A stretch of DNA of 64,000 bases from Felis catus. Taxonomy: Eukaryota. The stretch covers positions 11,844,001-11,908,000 of the forward strand of contig NC_058383.1 in the NCBI RefSeq assembly GCF_018350175.1, in the 5' to 3' direction. Position numbers and translations under genes: made by a program. The notes beneath the pieces are model-generated. The model was not told the origin of the DNA and made no database searches. It saw only the letters and a list, made by a program, of their open reading frames with translations. Positions 1 through 11,347 of the stretch are shown here, one piece after another. Within the stretch, counting starts at the first letter, position 1, and the number at the start of each line of letters is the position of its first letter.

Positions 1-411
1 ATGAGCTCACGAAGCACGAGCGAGTCTAGAAAAGGCAAGGTCAGGTTGAAGCCGAGGCTGGGGAGGAAACCATACCGGGGAACCAACGGGGGGATGGGCG
101 GAGGGAGGCACGAGGAAGATCCGGTGATTCTGCGCCCGGTACGTTTGCGTCGTTGCGGAGTTTGTCAACTGAGACTGGCTTCTGATCCTTTTTGTTTTCT
201 TTCTCTCAGCGAGGCTTCCCTCCCCTCACTGTTTTGTTCTTTCCAAGATACACCTGTTGAGGGCTAACGTCTCAAGTGACTATTGAAAGAGAGCTAGCAG
301 ACTGGTTTCCCGATGTTGGAAGTGCTTTGGAAGATGTTCAGTCTTGAGCAACATTGCGGGAAGGAAGACACTCGGATTTCGCCGAGTTGGACTCGAGTCT
401 CGGTCTTACTT

Positions 412-860
412 CTTTTTTTTTTTTTTAATTAATATATATTTTTTCATAGCAGTTTTCAGTTCACAGCAAGATTGGGCCGAAGGGACGGAGATTTCCCATG
501 TATGCTCTGTGCACACGCCTGGACAGCTCCCTGCCCCACTGACATCCGCCACCCCCCCCCGCCCCCCACACTAGAGTTGGTACATTTGTCTTAATTGATG
601 AACCTACATTGACACATCATTATCACCCCAAGTCCATAGCTGGCTGGAGGGTTCACTCGGGGTTATGCGTTGTATGGGTTTGGACAAATGGGTAATGTCA
701 TGTATCCATCATCAGAGAGACCCATGGAGTAGTTTCACTGCTCTAAAAATCCTCTCTGCTCTGACAGTTCACCCCTAACTCCTCCCTGACCCCTGGGCAC
801 CACTGATCTTTTTATCGCTTCCATAGCTTTGCCTTTTCCAGAAGGGCATATGTTGGAATG
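412..860 (-). mobile_element. Old L1 3' end (L1MC-like), 5'-truncated
   Basis: Poly-T followed by L1MC1-like 3'UTR text (GATGAACCTACATTGACACATCATTATCACCCCAAGTCCATAG ... GCCTTTTCCAGAA). Confidence 0.8.
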
Positions 861-929
861 GCCTTGCTTTTTTATGATTAGGTCGAACCATGTGAAACTG
901 ACATTTTGTATAAGTCCACATCGGCTGGA

Positions 930-1680
930 TGTGTCGCCGGGCATCTCCCACGCCCTCCTGCCCGTGTCCGTGGGTCCTACTGCAGAGTCAAGCCCCTTTT
1001 ACCATCCCAGCTTCCCTACTCAGTCCCCACGTCCTATAGTGTCTGCCTGTGAAGTCTCTAGAATCATGCTGGTTTTCTCTTTCTCTCTGGTATTGTCTCT
1101 GTCCAGACCCTCATCCTGATCCGGCTGGGCTCTTGCAATCACCCCCGAGTGTTTTCCATTCCTCTTAATGGAAGCAGAGGTAATGTTTAAAATCTAGCTC
1201 TAGATCAAGATCGACCCTCCCCCGCCCCCCCCCCCCACCATGGATTATTCTCTGCTGGATGACTTCCCCTGCCTTCCCACTGCCTGTGAGTCAGGACCTG
1301 GATGCCACAGCAGGGCCACCGGCAGGGTCTTGTGATCTGGACCCTCCCTCCACCCTCCAGCTCTGCTCCCTGACTCCCCTCTGCAGACGCAGGCACCCAG
1401 CCCTCACACGCTCCCCACCTTCCCCACGCTCGGTGCCTTTGCGTACATTCTGCTCTTTGTCTTAATGGCCTCCCCCCTCCCCCTGAAAAAATCCTGTTCC
1501 TCGCCCAAGACCCAGCTCATCCCCTCCTTGCCCTCAACATCCGGGTCTCTCGGCATTTCCTGTTGTGCGTTTGCGCGACTGTATCCTGCACTTGACCACG
1601 AGCCAGGAGCGAGGACTCTGCCTTATTTATCTCTGCGTCCCCAGTGCCAGCATTTGGTAACTATTGGTTGAACGGGGCAG
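930..1680. mobile_element. Degenerate L2 fragments
   Basis: L2-like phrases (TTTAAAATCTAGCTCTAGATCA; CTTATTTATCTCTGCGTCCCCAGTGCCAGCA). Confidence 0.5.
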
Positions 1681-2679
1681 CGAGTTACCGTGCAGATACG
1701 TGGAGCCCATTAAAGCCCCAAACTCCAAAGTTTCAGACAAAAGTCTTGAGGTTTCGTTTCAGCCATGATTCCGAATAACAGTCCCAAAGCACTTTCAAGG
1801 ACAAGGCGGCGGGGGGGGGGTGGGGGCGGTCATGGGGGATCCGTTCTGGTCGATGGTCCTACCGCCTCAGGTTATAGCGCGCCTAGGGGAGGAAGTGCGT
1901 GCACTTGGGTGCGCGTGTGCATCTGTGTGCGTGTCGATGTGTGTGTGCAAGGGGAGAGGCTGGCCGACAGGTAACCAAAGTTCCTCCACGGCCCTTAGGA
2001 AGAAGCACTGTGTGTGTACCCTGATCAACGTTCTCTACCAACCGTTCAGGGCCACCATCAATCTCCCGCGACGCCAGTCAATCAGTCCCAAAGCTGGCAG
2101 AGGAGGGGAGGTGAGAAAGACATCAGATGGCTTGATTCATCTGGGACGGTAAAGGTTTTGAATGTCCTGCCCTCGGTCTCCCTGACTACAATCTTTTCTG
2201 TCCTTTCAAACATTTGGGAGCCGTCTCTATACACTGTTGACCTTGATGCCTATATTGTATGTAGTATGTATACGTACTACAATGATGATGTATCCTCTCA
2301 TCATTGGAACATCGAGGCCTACGGGTCACCAAAGAGGCCAAAAGAGCCCTCTGCGTACTTTTCCCTGGAGGTGAGCGCTGTAGATAAGTGCTCTGAATTG
2401 ACGGGCTCGTTCGTGGCCCAGCATCTCCAGCGGCGGCTCTGGACGACCCTCCTCTCTTGGGGTTCAGGCTACTGCAAATTCGGCTGGGCTTATGGCTGTC
2501 CGGCACCTGCTGTTTGACGTAGATCTGACGTAGATCTGACGTTCCGCACCCCTAGGCCCCGTGATCGGAAGACATGAACCCTGTGATGTGGTCTAATTGG
2601 TTCAGGGCAATATAGCTGCCTCGTACATGCCTGTGAGGCATATACAGAGAACGGTAGGGAAGAAGGGCCCCAAAGTGAG

Positions 2680-3070
2680 TGTTGTGGACGGAATTCTGTT
2701 CCCACAAGATTTAGATGTTGGACCTCTAGCCCCCAGTGTGACAGTAGCTGGAAAGGGGCCTTTAAGGAGGTAATTAGGGTTCAATGAGGTCATGGGGGGG
2801 GGAGCCCTAATCCAACAGGACTGCTTTCCTTTCCTTATAAGAAGGGGACTGGAAGCCAGTGTGCTTTCTCCCTGTGTGTGCACAAAGGAAAAGCCATGTG
2901 AAGATTCAGGGAGGAGACTGGCCACCCGCAAGCCAGGGGCCTCGGGGGAAACCAAACCTGCCAGCCCCTTGATCTTGGACTTCCAGCCTCCAGAACTGCG
3001 AGAAGCATCCGTCTGTTGCGTAAGCTCCCCCAGTTTACAGGATTTCTGTCACGATAGCCCTGACGCAATG
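2680..3070 (+). mobile_element. MaLR solo LTR (MLT1A-like)
   Basis: Begins TG; contains GGGCCTTTAAGGAGGTAATTAGG, CCTTGATCTTGGACTTCCAGCCTCCAGAACTG, typical of MLT1. Confidence 0.85.
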
Positions 3071-3949
3071 AGTCTTCTAAGGTCTTCTCTCTCTCTGTCG
3101 GTGGGATGTCCTCAGTGAAGGTTTTCTTATCTGATCCCGGGAGAAAGCTAATTGAAATGATAAAACCTTTCAAAGGCACCAAATGAGAGACCTGTTTCTC
3201 CAAGGATGCTCAGGACTTGCCGACTCGGCTAAGGGTAGCAGACGGAACAGCTGGGAAGCAGCCTCTTCGGAGCTCTTGCCTCCTGGGTAGCAGCAACTTG
3301 GAGTTTTCCAGTCTGGAGGTCTCCCGCGTGGGCCCGATGTACTCGCTGAGCGTACTTTGTGCTGGTGGGTCTGTCGCATTCGTATCTTCTGCTCTGATGG
3401 AGGGAGCGCAGAGCTCCCCCAGCTACTTAATTCCCACGTGTCATTGGTTTGTCATTCGAAATCGCAGACGTGGATGGAGGCCAGGCCCGGGGGCCTCCTC
3501 TCCCTCCTTGCACCTTTCCATTCCTGTACCTGTTTGCTTACTGATAAGTGGAAACACACCCGGCTGCCTTGCACAAATAATCCAGCAAATCCTCGAGATG
3601 TGTTTTCACGATTGAGTAGAAACGTCAGTGCTGTGCAGGAAGGATTAAAAACAGAAATGTTTGGAATCGACGTGAGTATTTGTTATCTCAAAGCCAGCTC
3701 TCGATTCCTCCAAATTTACACTGCCCCAGGCAAAAGAGGTGGAAAGTTCTCACGTATAAATTGCATAGCCTACATCGTGGGAAGAACGCTGGGCCGGCCC
3801 TCAGGGGACATAGATGCTGATCTGAACCTATCTGCTGATTGATGATGTCACGTTGAGTTATTTAACCTCCTCAGACCCCAGTTTGCTTTTTTTTTTTTTT
3901 TTTGGCAAATTTTGGTGAAAAACATAAAATAAATGTACCGTCTTCACCA

Positions 3950-4162
3950 TTTTTTTAATGCTTACTTATTTATTTTGAGAGAGAGAGAGTGTTGAACAAG
4001 CAGGGGGGAGGGCAGAGAGAGGGAGAGGGAGAGGGAGAGGGAGACGGAGACAGAGAGGGAATCCCAAGCAAGCTCCGCACTATCAGCACAGGGCCTGACA
4101 TGGGGCTTGATCCCATGAACTGTGAGATCACAACCTAAGCCGAAATCAAGAGTTGGAGGCTT
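3950..4162 (-). mobile_element. Can-SINE lacking its first ~25 nt
   Basis: Poly-T, (GA)n, SINE body; stops at ...AGAGTTGGAGGCTT where the next SINE begins. Confidence 0.9.
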
Positions 4163-4372
4163 GGGGCGCCTGGGTGGCCCAGTCGGCTAAGCGTCCGACC
4201 TTGGCTCAGGTCACGATCTCAACGTTCGTGAATTCGAGCCCCGCGTCAGGCTTTGTGCTGACCGGTCAGAGCCTGGAGCCTGCTTCGGATTCTGTGTCTC
4301 CCTCTCCCTCTGCCCCTCCCCTGCTCATGCTCTGTCTCTGTCTCAAAAATAAATAGAAACATTAAAAAAAAT
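4163..4372 (+). mobile_element. Can-SINE (feline type), full length
   Basis: GGGGCGCCTGGGTGG head, CT tract, AAAAATAAATAG tail. Confidence 0.95.
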
Positions 4373-4789
4373 TAGAGAAATAAATGAAGGCATCTGTCCC
4401 TGATGTCAGCCACCGCTGGATGAAGGCCAAGTCCTTGGACAGGCGACATTTGCTCCCCTGTGGGATCTGGAATGATCAACCCCCTCCCCCACTCCTAGCT
4501 TTTTGTTACCACAAATATCTTACTCGTTTCCTTATTCACCTCCTGCTCCCACGTGCCCCTCACCCCACCCACCACCACACCCCTGAGAATGTGCCCTCTT
4601 GGGGGTGCCTAGGGGCACGTCTCCCCCTCCAGGTCAGCCCATCCAAATCCTTCCCTCCTCACTCCCCCTGTCCAGTATCCAACTCATCATCTTACTTTGA
4701 AACTATGCTTCTTCCACGGTATTTCTGGGGCCCGGTTAATGTATCTCTTCCCCTTTAAGACTGGGGGAAGATACTTCCAAAGCCTAAAA

Positions 4790-5060
4790 GAGCCAAGGGA
4801 ATAATTTCTGGAATATACAAAGAGATCCATCATACCGACACACAAAGATAAGGAAAACCAAGAGAAAACTGGGCCACAGGTATCCCAAGACAATTCACAG
4901 AGGAGGAAGTCCTGGTGAGCATCGAGCATATGAATGATTGCTCAAACTCACCAGCAATCAAATAAATGAAAATTAGAACACCGTTGTGATACCACTCGCT
5001 AATCATCCAGATGTCACAAATCAGGAAGGTAGATGATGCCTAATGTTAGACACAATGTGG
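4790..5060 (+). mobile_element. Old L1 ORF2 3' remnant (L1ME-like)
   Basis: AGACAATTCACAGAGGAGGAA...TGCTCAAACTCACCAGCAATCAAATAAATGAAAATTAGAACA...GATACCAC, the L1 ORF2 C-terminal region. Confidence 0.7.
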
Positions 5061-6810
5061 GTGATTTCATGTCTTTCCTCGTCTCCATATGTCACTGTGG
5101 ATTTGGGACTCAGTAGATAACTTAGCTGAGCCTTCCAAGTCCAACCCATTTTTAGACATCTTGACTTCAAAATCCCATTGGTTTATTCAGCACAACACGT
5201 CGAAAGCAGGACTGGGGCTGTGCTTCTCAAAAATTCTCCTCTGTTTCCAAAGGGCCACCTGTCACTAGCTGCTTTGCCTAAGTCATCCCAAATCCCGATC
5301 CCTTCCTCCCCTTCACCCTTCGTCTGTCACAGAGCCCTTTATATATAGGTCACCACTTTGGTGAATTTGACATGTCGCCCATGACCCATCCTTTCCAAAT
5401 GCCATCCTCGCTCAGGCCGTTGTTAATTCTTGCCTGAATCACAGAAATTGTGTCTTTCTTTCTCCTCCCTACAAGAGGGGAGGTTATGGTAACTAATGTC
5501 ATAACGAGTGCTTTCTAGTTGGCCACCGCTTGGACCTACGAATGAGTGAGATCGACTCCGTGACTTCAAGGGGCAATCTGCCAATCATCACAACCTCCCC
5601 ACCCCCCGAGAAGCTTGTGGTGACAGAAGGAGTGATATGTAGTTACTATGGGAACAAAGAGGAAGGGGACCCCACACTACGGATCCCCCTCTTTACAAGC
5701 CAGGCGTGTGGTGTTCCTAAAATGCAGGTCTGATCACACGCCCCTGGTGTAACACTCTCCCAAGGCTCCCTTCTAGGATGCTTCTCGGATGAAATCCTTG
5801 ACGTGGTGTAAACTCACGCATGGGCTGGATTCTCCTACTTTATGGCTCCTTTACGGACTCTCTGGCCACGATAAACTACTCACACCCCACACGCCGACCA
5901 TTCTTTCTTTGGCCACTTGGTGGGCCAACCTATAGCACTCCCTGTAGACTGAGTAGTATTTTGGGTTGGTGAGAAATTTGCATATTAAATATCTGTGGTT
6001 TCCCCGGTCATTCCCCTGCTTAAGGATGTCCAGTAATCACACAACAGATTATGTTCGTTAAACGCCAGCCGTGAGACGCATTCCGCTCAGCATTGTGGGG
6101 GAGGCAAAAATGAGTGACCACACTGACCCAGCCAGTCTCTCTCTGCCTCCCTAATTCCACGTCGGCCGTCCCTACACTGACTGTCCGCTCATATCCGGCT
6201 ATGACACTGGGCTCCCCGAGATACTCTTGTTTTCCCCAGTGAAAAGTTGTAATCTCTTTGCACTCCTTTGGCCTGGATGCCTGCTTCTCCCACGTGGCAC
6301 TCATCACTCCTGTCCCATGTCATCTCTGCTTTACGTACACGGCCAACTCCTGTCCCCTCCCCAACGCCGATGTCCTTAGATGCACGCATGCTCTCTGAAT
6401 TTAGCTTTGTTTGATGTCTGGATCAGTCCGCGTGCTCAGTAAATGTGTTCAGGTAATGAGACACACGTCTGGTTTTCTAGGGACTCACGATTCCCTACGG
6501 GCTGTGGAGTCGAGTCCTTCCAGCAAAACTTTCAAACCCTTCTAGGATTAGCCCCCTCCCTACCTCATCATCTTCTGGCTTTGCCAACACAGCCCTGTGT
6601 CAGTCGGCCTGGTCCCTTGACTCCATTTCGAATGTGCCCCACTCACTCATTTATTGCAAAAATGTTCATGGTTCGCAAGGCAGGGGGGCATTTTCAATAA
6701 CGACCCACATGCTAGGCCATCACAAACAAACATTTGGGAGTTGGGGGTGGAGGGGTCAGGAGGAGAGTCGTGTTATGTAGACTGTATGTCACAGCGGACA
6801 TTCGTTATTC

Positions 6811-7042
6811 CTTTTTTGTTTGTTTTTTAATTTTTTTTTAATGTTTATTTATTTTTGAGAGAGAGAGAGAGAGATCGTGAGCAGGGGAGGGGCAGAGAGA
6901 GAGACACACACAGAATCCAAAGCAGGCTCCGGGCTCCGAGCTGTCAGCACAGAGCCCGACGCGGGGCTCGAGCCCACGAACCGCGAGATCATGACCCGAG
7001 CTGAAGTCGGACGCTCAACCGACGGAGCCACCCAGGCGCCCC
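6811..7042 (-). mobile_element. Can-SINE with TSD
   Basis: 14-bp TSD GGACATTCGTTATT at 6796-6809 and 7043-7056. Confidence 0.97.
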
Positions 7043-7224
7043 GGACATTCGTTATTTCTAATTTTTAAGCCTTCTTGCAAAGAATCCTTTTACAGATGAG
7101 GGAAATTAAGACACAGGAAAAAAAAAAAAAAGTTTGGCTAAGTGCTAACTCTTGGAGGACGGTTTAGGCAAGTGACCGTAACCCAGTAACAGTCTGAGAC
7201 GTGTTACAGTCGGGTTTGCTCAGA

Positions 7225-7407
7225 GCGACAGCTCTTCGATTTGAGCTTGCGTCAGAAGCTCCGGGAAGGTTCATTCAAACACAGGAAGCTGGGCTCCCCC
7301 CCCTCCAAGAGTTTCAGATTCAGTAGCCTAAGAATTTGCGTCTCTAGCAAGGTCCCTGCCGATGCAAATGCTGCCGGTCCAGGGAACACACTTTGAGAAC
7401 CACAGCT
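7225..7407. mobile_element. MER5A-like hAT-Charlie MITE
   Basis: AGAGTTTCAGATTCAGTAG...AGAATTTGCGTCTCTAGCAAG...CACACTTTGAGAACCAC. Confidence 0.8.
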
Positions 7408-7984
7408 GTGAAACACGCCATGAGCCCAGAGGAGGCAGAAGCTCAGTCCTTTGGGGCGGCTCAGGGAAGCCTTCGCTGGGGACGGAGCACTTGACTTGGC
7501 CGCGGAGAGTGAACGGGGGGCCTCCAACCCACCCACACCATCGAGCCTTACAGATGCAAAGCAAGTTCAGGTGCGGGGAGCAGCAGGCATGCGTAACCTG
7601 GGTGGGGGCTTGGGGGGGGGTGGGGGTTCCTCAGAGCTTGCCCCGGGGCCAAACAGGGAGCCACTGCGAAGTTTGGACTTCATCCTTTGGGTACCGGGTT
7701 TTTAATCAGAAGAGTAATGGAATTCCCTTTGCCTAATTGTGTTCTAATTGTTCATTCATTAAAGATCAAAAGGCATTAATCACGAAGTGTGCCAAGTAAC
7801 GCTAAGGGCGTAAAAAACAAATCTCGCAGTCTGTGAAAATCATCACCACACGTGGTGCTTTTCCAGACCTTCGCGACAGCGACGCGTGCGGGGTGGCACC
7901 TGAGGGCCCCCACATGCGTGACCTCACTCCCAACAAAGAGGGTTTTTTTTGCAAGGGACACTCGCCTACCCGTCTGGAAGGCGT

Positions 7985-8194
7985 TTGTTTATTTAATTAT
8001 TCATTTATTTTTTAGTTGGGAGAAAGAGAAGCCACAAGTTGGGGAGGGGCCGAGAGGGAGATCGAGAGAGAGAATCCCACGCGGGCTCCCCCCCGTCAGC
8101 GCTGAGCCGGACACGGGGCTCCAACCCACGAACCCTGAGATCATGACCTGAGCCCGAGTCGGAGGCTTAACTGACTGAGCCACCCGGGCGCCCC
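7985..8194 (-). mobile_element. Can-SINE, followed by a MIR fragment (~8200-8300)
   Basis: SINE ending GGGCGCCCC; then CCCATTTTAGAGACGGGGAAACCGAGG, a MIR core. Confidence 0.9.
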
Positions 8195-9157
8195 ACCCGC
8201 CATCCCATTTTAGAGACGGGGAAACCGAGGTTTAGGGAGGCAACGCCGCACTTCTTGAAGGTAGCTGAGCAGGGATGGAGGTTCGAGTGTAAAGGACCGT
8301 TTTTGCCTTTCGGACCCTGTTCTCCCTTACGGCATCCCTGAGTCCAAGGACCGTATGTCCAGATTCCCTTCACCTCAAACTTGTTGCATCTGATAGGGCG
8401 CTGCGCCCCGCGGTGCTCCCTAAAAGTAGCTCCAGCTTGCCGGGCAATTCCTTCCCGCCCCCCTGCAGGTGCCTGACCTCCGCACAAAGGCATCAGGCAG
8501 CCAGAAGCTTATGGCTTGTTATCAGGAGTATCTGTGGTCTTCAGAGTGTGGGGAATGTCATCCCGAGGGGACAGGCAGGATCTATCACTGTCAAACCCGA
8601 AGGCTTTTTTTTTTTTTTTTTATTCCTGCAAACTCAGATCTTTTCAGATCTTTGCGGCTGATCAGAGATAGAGCTCGACAATAGGGGACTTAAATCTCAG
8701 CAAGCGGGGAGGCGAGGCAGAGAGAGGTAGCACGCTTAAAATAAAGTACACTGACTCTTTTTTGGGGGGAAGATAAAACATAACTCCTGGTGCACGCAGC
8801 ACAAGAAAAGCCCTGGGAGAACAGAGAAGATCTTTGTCAGGAATTGTATCTCATTTAGCACCATTGTTTCACCGTGTTCCTTTCAGGGTGGAAGCGATTC
8901 ATCTTCCTTTTGTTCCACGCTGCCTTTTATATTTTTTCCTTTCGCAGAAATTTCTCTTCCATTAGCCGCGGAGGCGAGCTCCCCTTCTTTCCCGGCTCTC
9001 CACAGACAGGACTTTCATCTTCCACGTGTTGATGCTCAGCTCTCACCGTCCAATTCAATGAGTTTTCCTCCCCCGTTTTGTCGAGGAGGGATTCAGACAG
9101 TGCAGACAATATTGCTGTGCAGCGGGTTTGGAAAAGTATTGCAATAATCCCATAGTC

Positions 9158-9183
9158 TGTGTGTGTGTGTGTGTGTGTGTGTG
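9158..9183. repeat. (TG)n microsatellite
   Basis: Direct reading. Confidence 0.95.
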
Positions 9184-9499
9184 CGCGTGAGGCTAGGGAT
9201 ACCACCATCACTTATTCGCTCAGGAAACACTTCTGAGCATCTCCGGGCTGGTTTACATGTACGAGGACCTCCAGGAGCTGCGACGCAAAAAAGCAGTCGC
9301 ACCGAGTGTCCCGCTAGAGGAGGGGCCACGCAAAAAGAGGGTGATTAGGGTGCAGGCGTTAAGGGGCAAAACAGGAAGATAAGAGATGTCCCAAGGGACG
9401 AGCACGGAGGCTCTGGTCTCTGCATCTGGAGAGCGAAGGATAAAATTCGTAACAAACGTTTATACTTCATTGTCCATTTCATCAGAAGGGTTTCGGATG

Positions 9500-9687
9500 G
9501 GGGCGCCCGGGTGGCTCAGCCAGTTAAGCGTCCGACTTCGGCTCGGGTCATGATCTCAAGGTCCGTGAGTTCGAGCCCCGCGTCAGGCTCTGTGCTGACA
9601 GCATGGAGCCTGCCTGGGATTCTCCCTCTCTCCCTCTCTCTGCCCCTCCCCCCCCGCAACAATAAATAAATAAACTTAAAAAAAAGA
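9500..9687 (+). mobile_element. Can-SINE with TSD
   Basis: Flanked by AGAAGGGTTTCGGA / AGAAGGGTTTCTGA. Confidence 0.95.
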
Positions 9688-10090
9688 AGAAGGGTTTCTG
9701 ACACCAGCAGACTGAAATAACAGTCGTAGCTTCTCGGAGCCCCTGTATCTAGCAGGTGCTTATCACGTTTTCTCCTGTGTCTTCAGGTAGCCCTTAGGAG
9801 GGTATGAGGAACCGAACTGCACAGCAGTCGAGTGACTTTCAAAACGCTGCACAGCTCCGAAGGGCCGGAGTTTGATCTCAATCTCGAGTCCCTTGGCAAC
9901 ATAGGAGAATGGCTGGAGGGGACACGTGGGCTGTCAGGCCGGCCTGGATTATACGGCAGTAAGTGACCGACGTTTCCCATATTGGAACTCTTCCGGGAGT
10001 TTCTTCCTAGTCCTTGAGCCCTTCTCTGCTACCTGCAGCGGATGCCTGGGCATCTGAAGGCCACCTGGCCCGGATGCCGTTGTTAAAGCA

Positions 10091-10308
10091 GCCTGGGTGG
10101 CCCCGTCGGTCGAGCGCCCGACTTCAGCTCAGGTCCTGATCTCACGGGTTGTGGGTTCAAGCCCCAGGTCTGGCTCTGCGCTGACAGCTCGGAGCCTGGA
10201 GCCTGCTACGGATTCCGTGTCTCCCTCTCCCTCTGCCCCTCCCCTGCTCGTGCTCTGTCTCTCTGTCTCTCAAAAATAAATACAAGACGTTAAAAATTTA
10301 TAAAAAAA
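10091..10308 (+). mobile_element. Can-SINE
   Basis: SINE body and tail; flanking AAAGCAGC repeats. Confidence 0.93.
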
Positions 10309-11130
10309 AGCAGCGTAGCAAAGCTGGAGCCTCCGTCTTCTGGGGTGAGTGGCATCTGAGGGTGGGGGCGTATGGCCACCCGCCTACTGGGGCTTGACTT
10401 GAACCCCCGTATCTCGAACGCACGAGAAGTCCAAGGGCAGCTAAGCCGTGCTCTGCTCCAGCCTCGTCCAAGCCACATCCAAAGGCCATCCTGTTTCCTG
10501 TTTTGTTTTGTTTGTTTGTTTCCGGTCTCATAAATAAGGCCTCGGTAATGGCAGGAAGGGAATCCAGGGGACAGGAACACAGCATTACATCATCACATTA
10601 CCTCCCCTGATGGATCTTCAAGGCCGCCAAACTCAATTAGCTCCCTGGTAATAGGCACACCAGCAGCACGGCTCCCGCAGCCGAGTTTCTTGTTCTGAGG
10701 AAGGACACGGAAAAACAAATGACCGTGGGGCTCCCTGTGCAGCTCAACCTGCCAACCCGCCCAACGCGCCCCCTCGGTCCCAGATGCGGTTCGCTTCTGA
10801 TACCTCAGAACTTGGACCTTGGCTTTTGCCACATCTGCACCCCCAGAAACAGAACGCTGGTCCTTAGCGGTGTCCTAAGTATTTGTGCCGGTCCCCATGC
10901 TCCCACAGAGTTGCTTTCTCTCCTGCAAAAGACCAAGCCTTACCGGCCCCGAGACCTAGAGAGGTCCTAGGCACAAGCATGGAAATTCAGCAAGTGGCTT
11001 TGCCTCCGTCCCCGCATGCACGATATCCGTCCGCCTCGGACGTATCGAAAAATCAGCCAAGCTCACCTCTTGGGTAAGGTAGACGACTCCCACTCAGGAT
11101 TACTGCAAAGTTCAAAACTGTACTATTTTA

Positions 11131-11347
11131 TTTAAATTTTTTTTAACGTTTATTTATTTTTGAGACAGAGAGAGACAGAGCATGAACAGGGGAGGGGCAG
11201 AGAGAGAGGGAGACACAGAATCTGAAACAGGCTCCAGGCTCTGAGCTGTCAGCACAGAGCCCGACGCGGGGCTCGAACTCACGGACCGCGAGATCACGAC
11301 CTGAGCCGAAGTCGGACGCTTAACCGACTGAGCCACCCAGGCGCCCC
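11131..11347 (-). mobile_element. Young Can-SINE with 17-bp TSD
   Basis: AAAACTGTACTATTTTA at 11114-11130 and 11348-11364; near-consensus body. Confidence 0.97.

Noticed and set aside
2014..2517. 167-aa ORF
   Set aside because: Non-ATG start, no recognisable domain and no supporting splice structure
2563..2572. GATCGGAAGA, resembling the Illumina adapter start
   Set aside because: Only 10 nt match and it does not continue as GC; compatible with chance
4153..4356. Recurrent ORFs of the type MAQSVKRPTSAQVMISRFVGSSPASGS (dozens across the window)
   Set aside because: They are translations of Can-SINE copies, not a gene family
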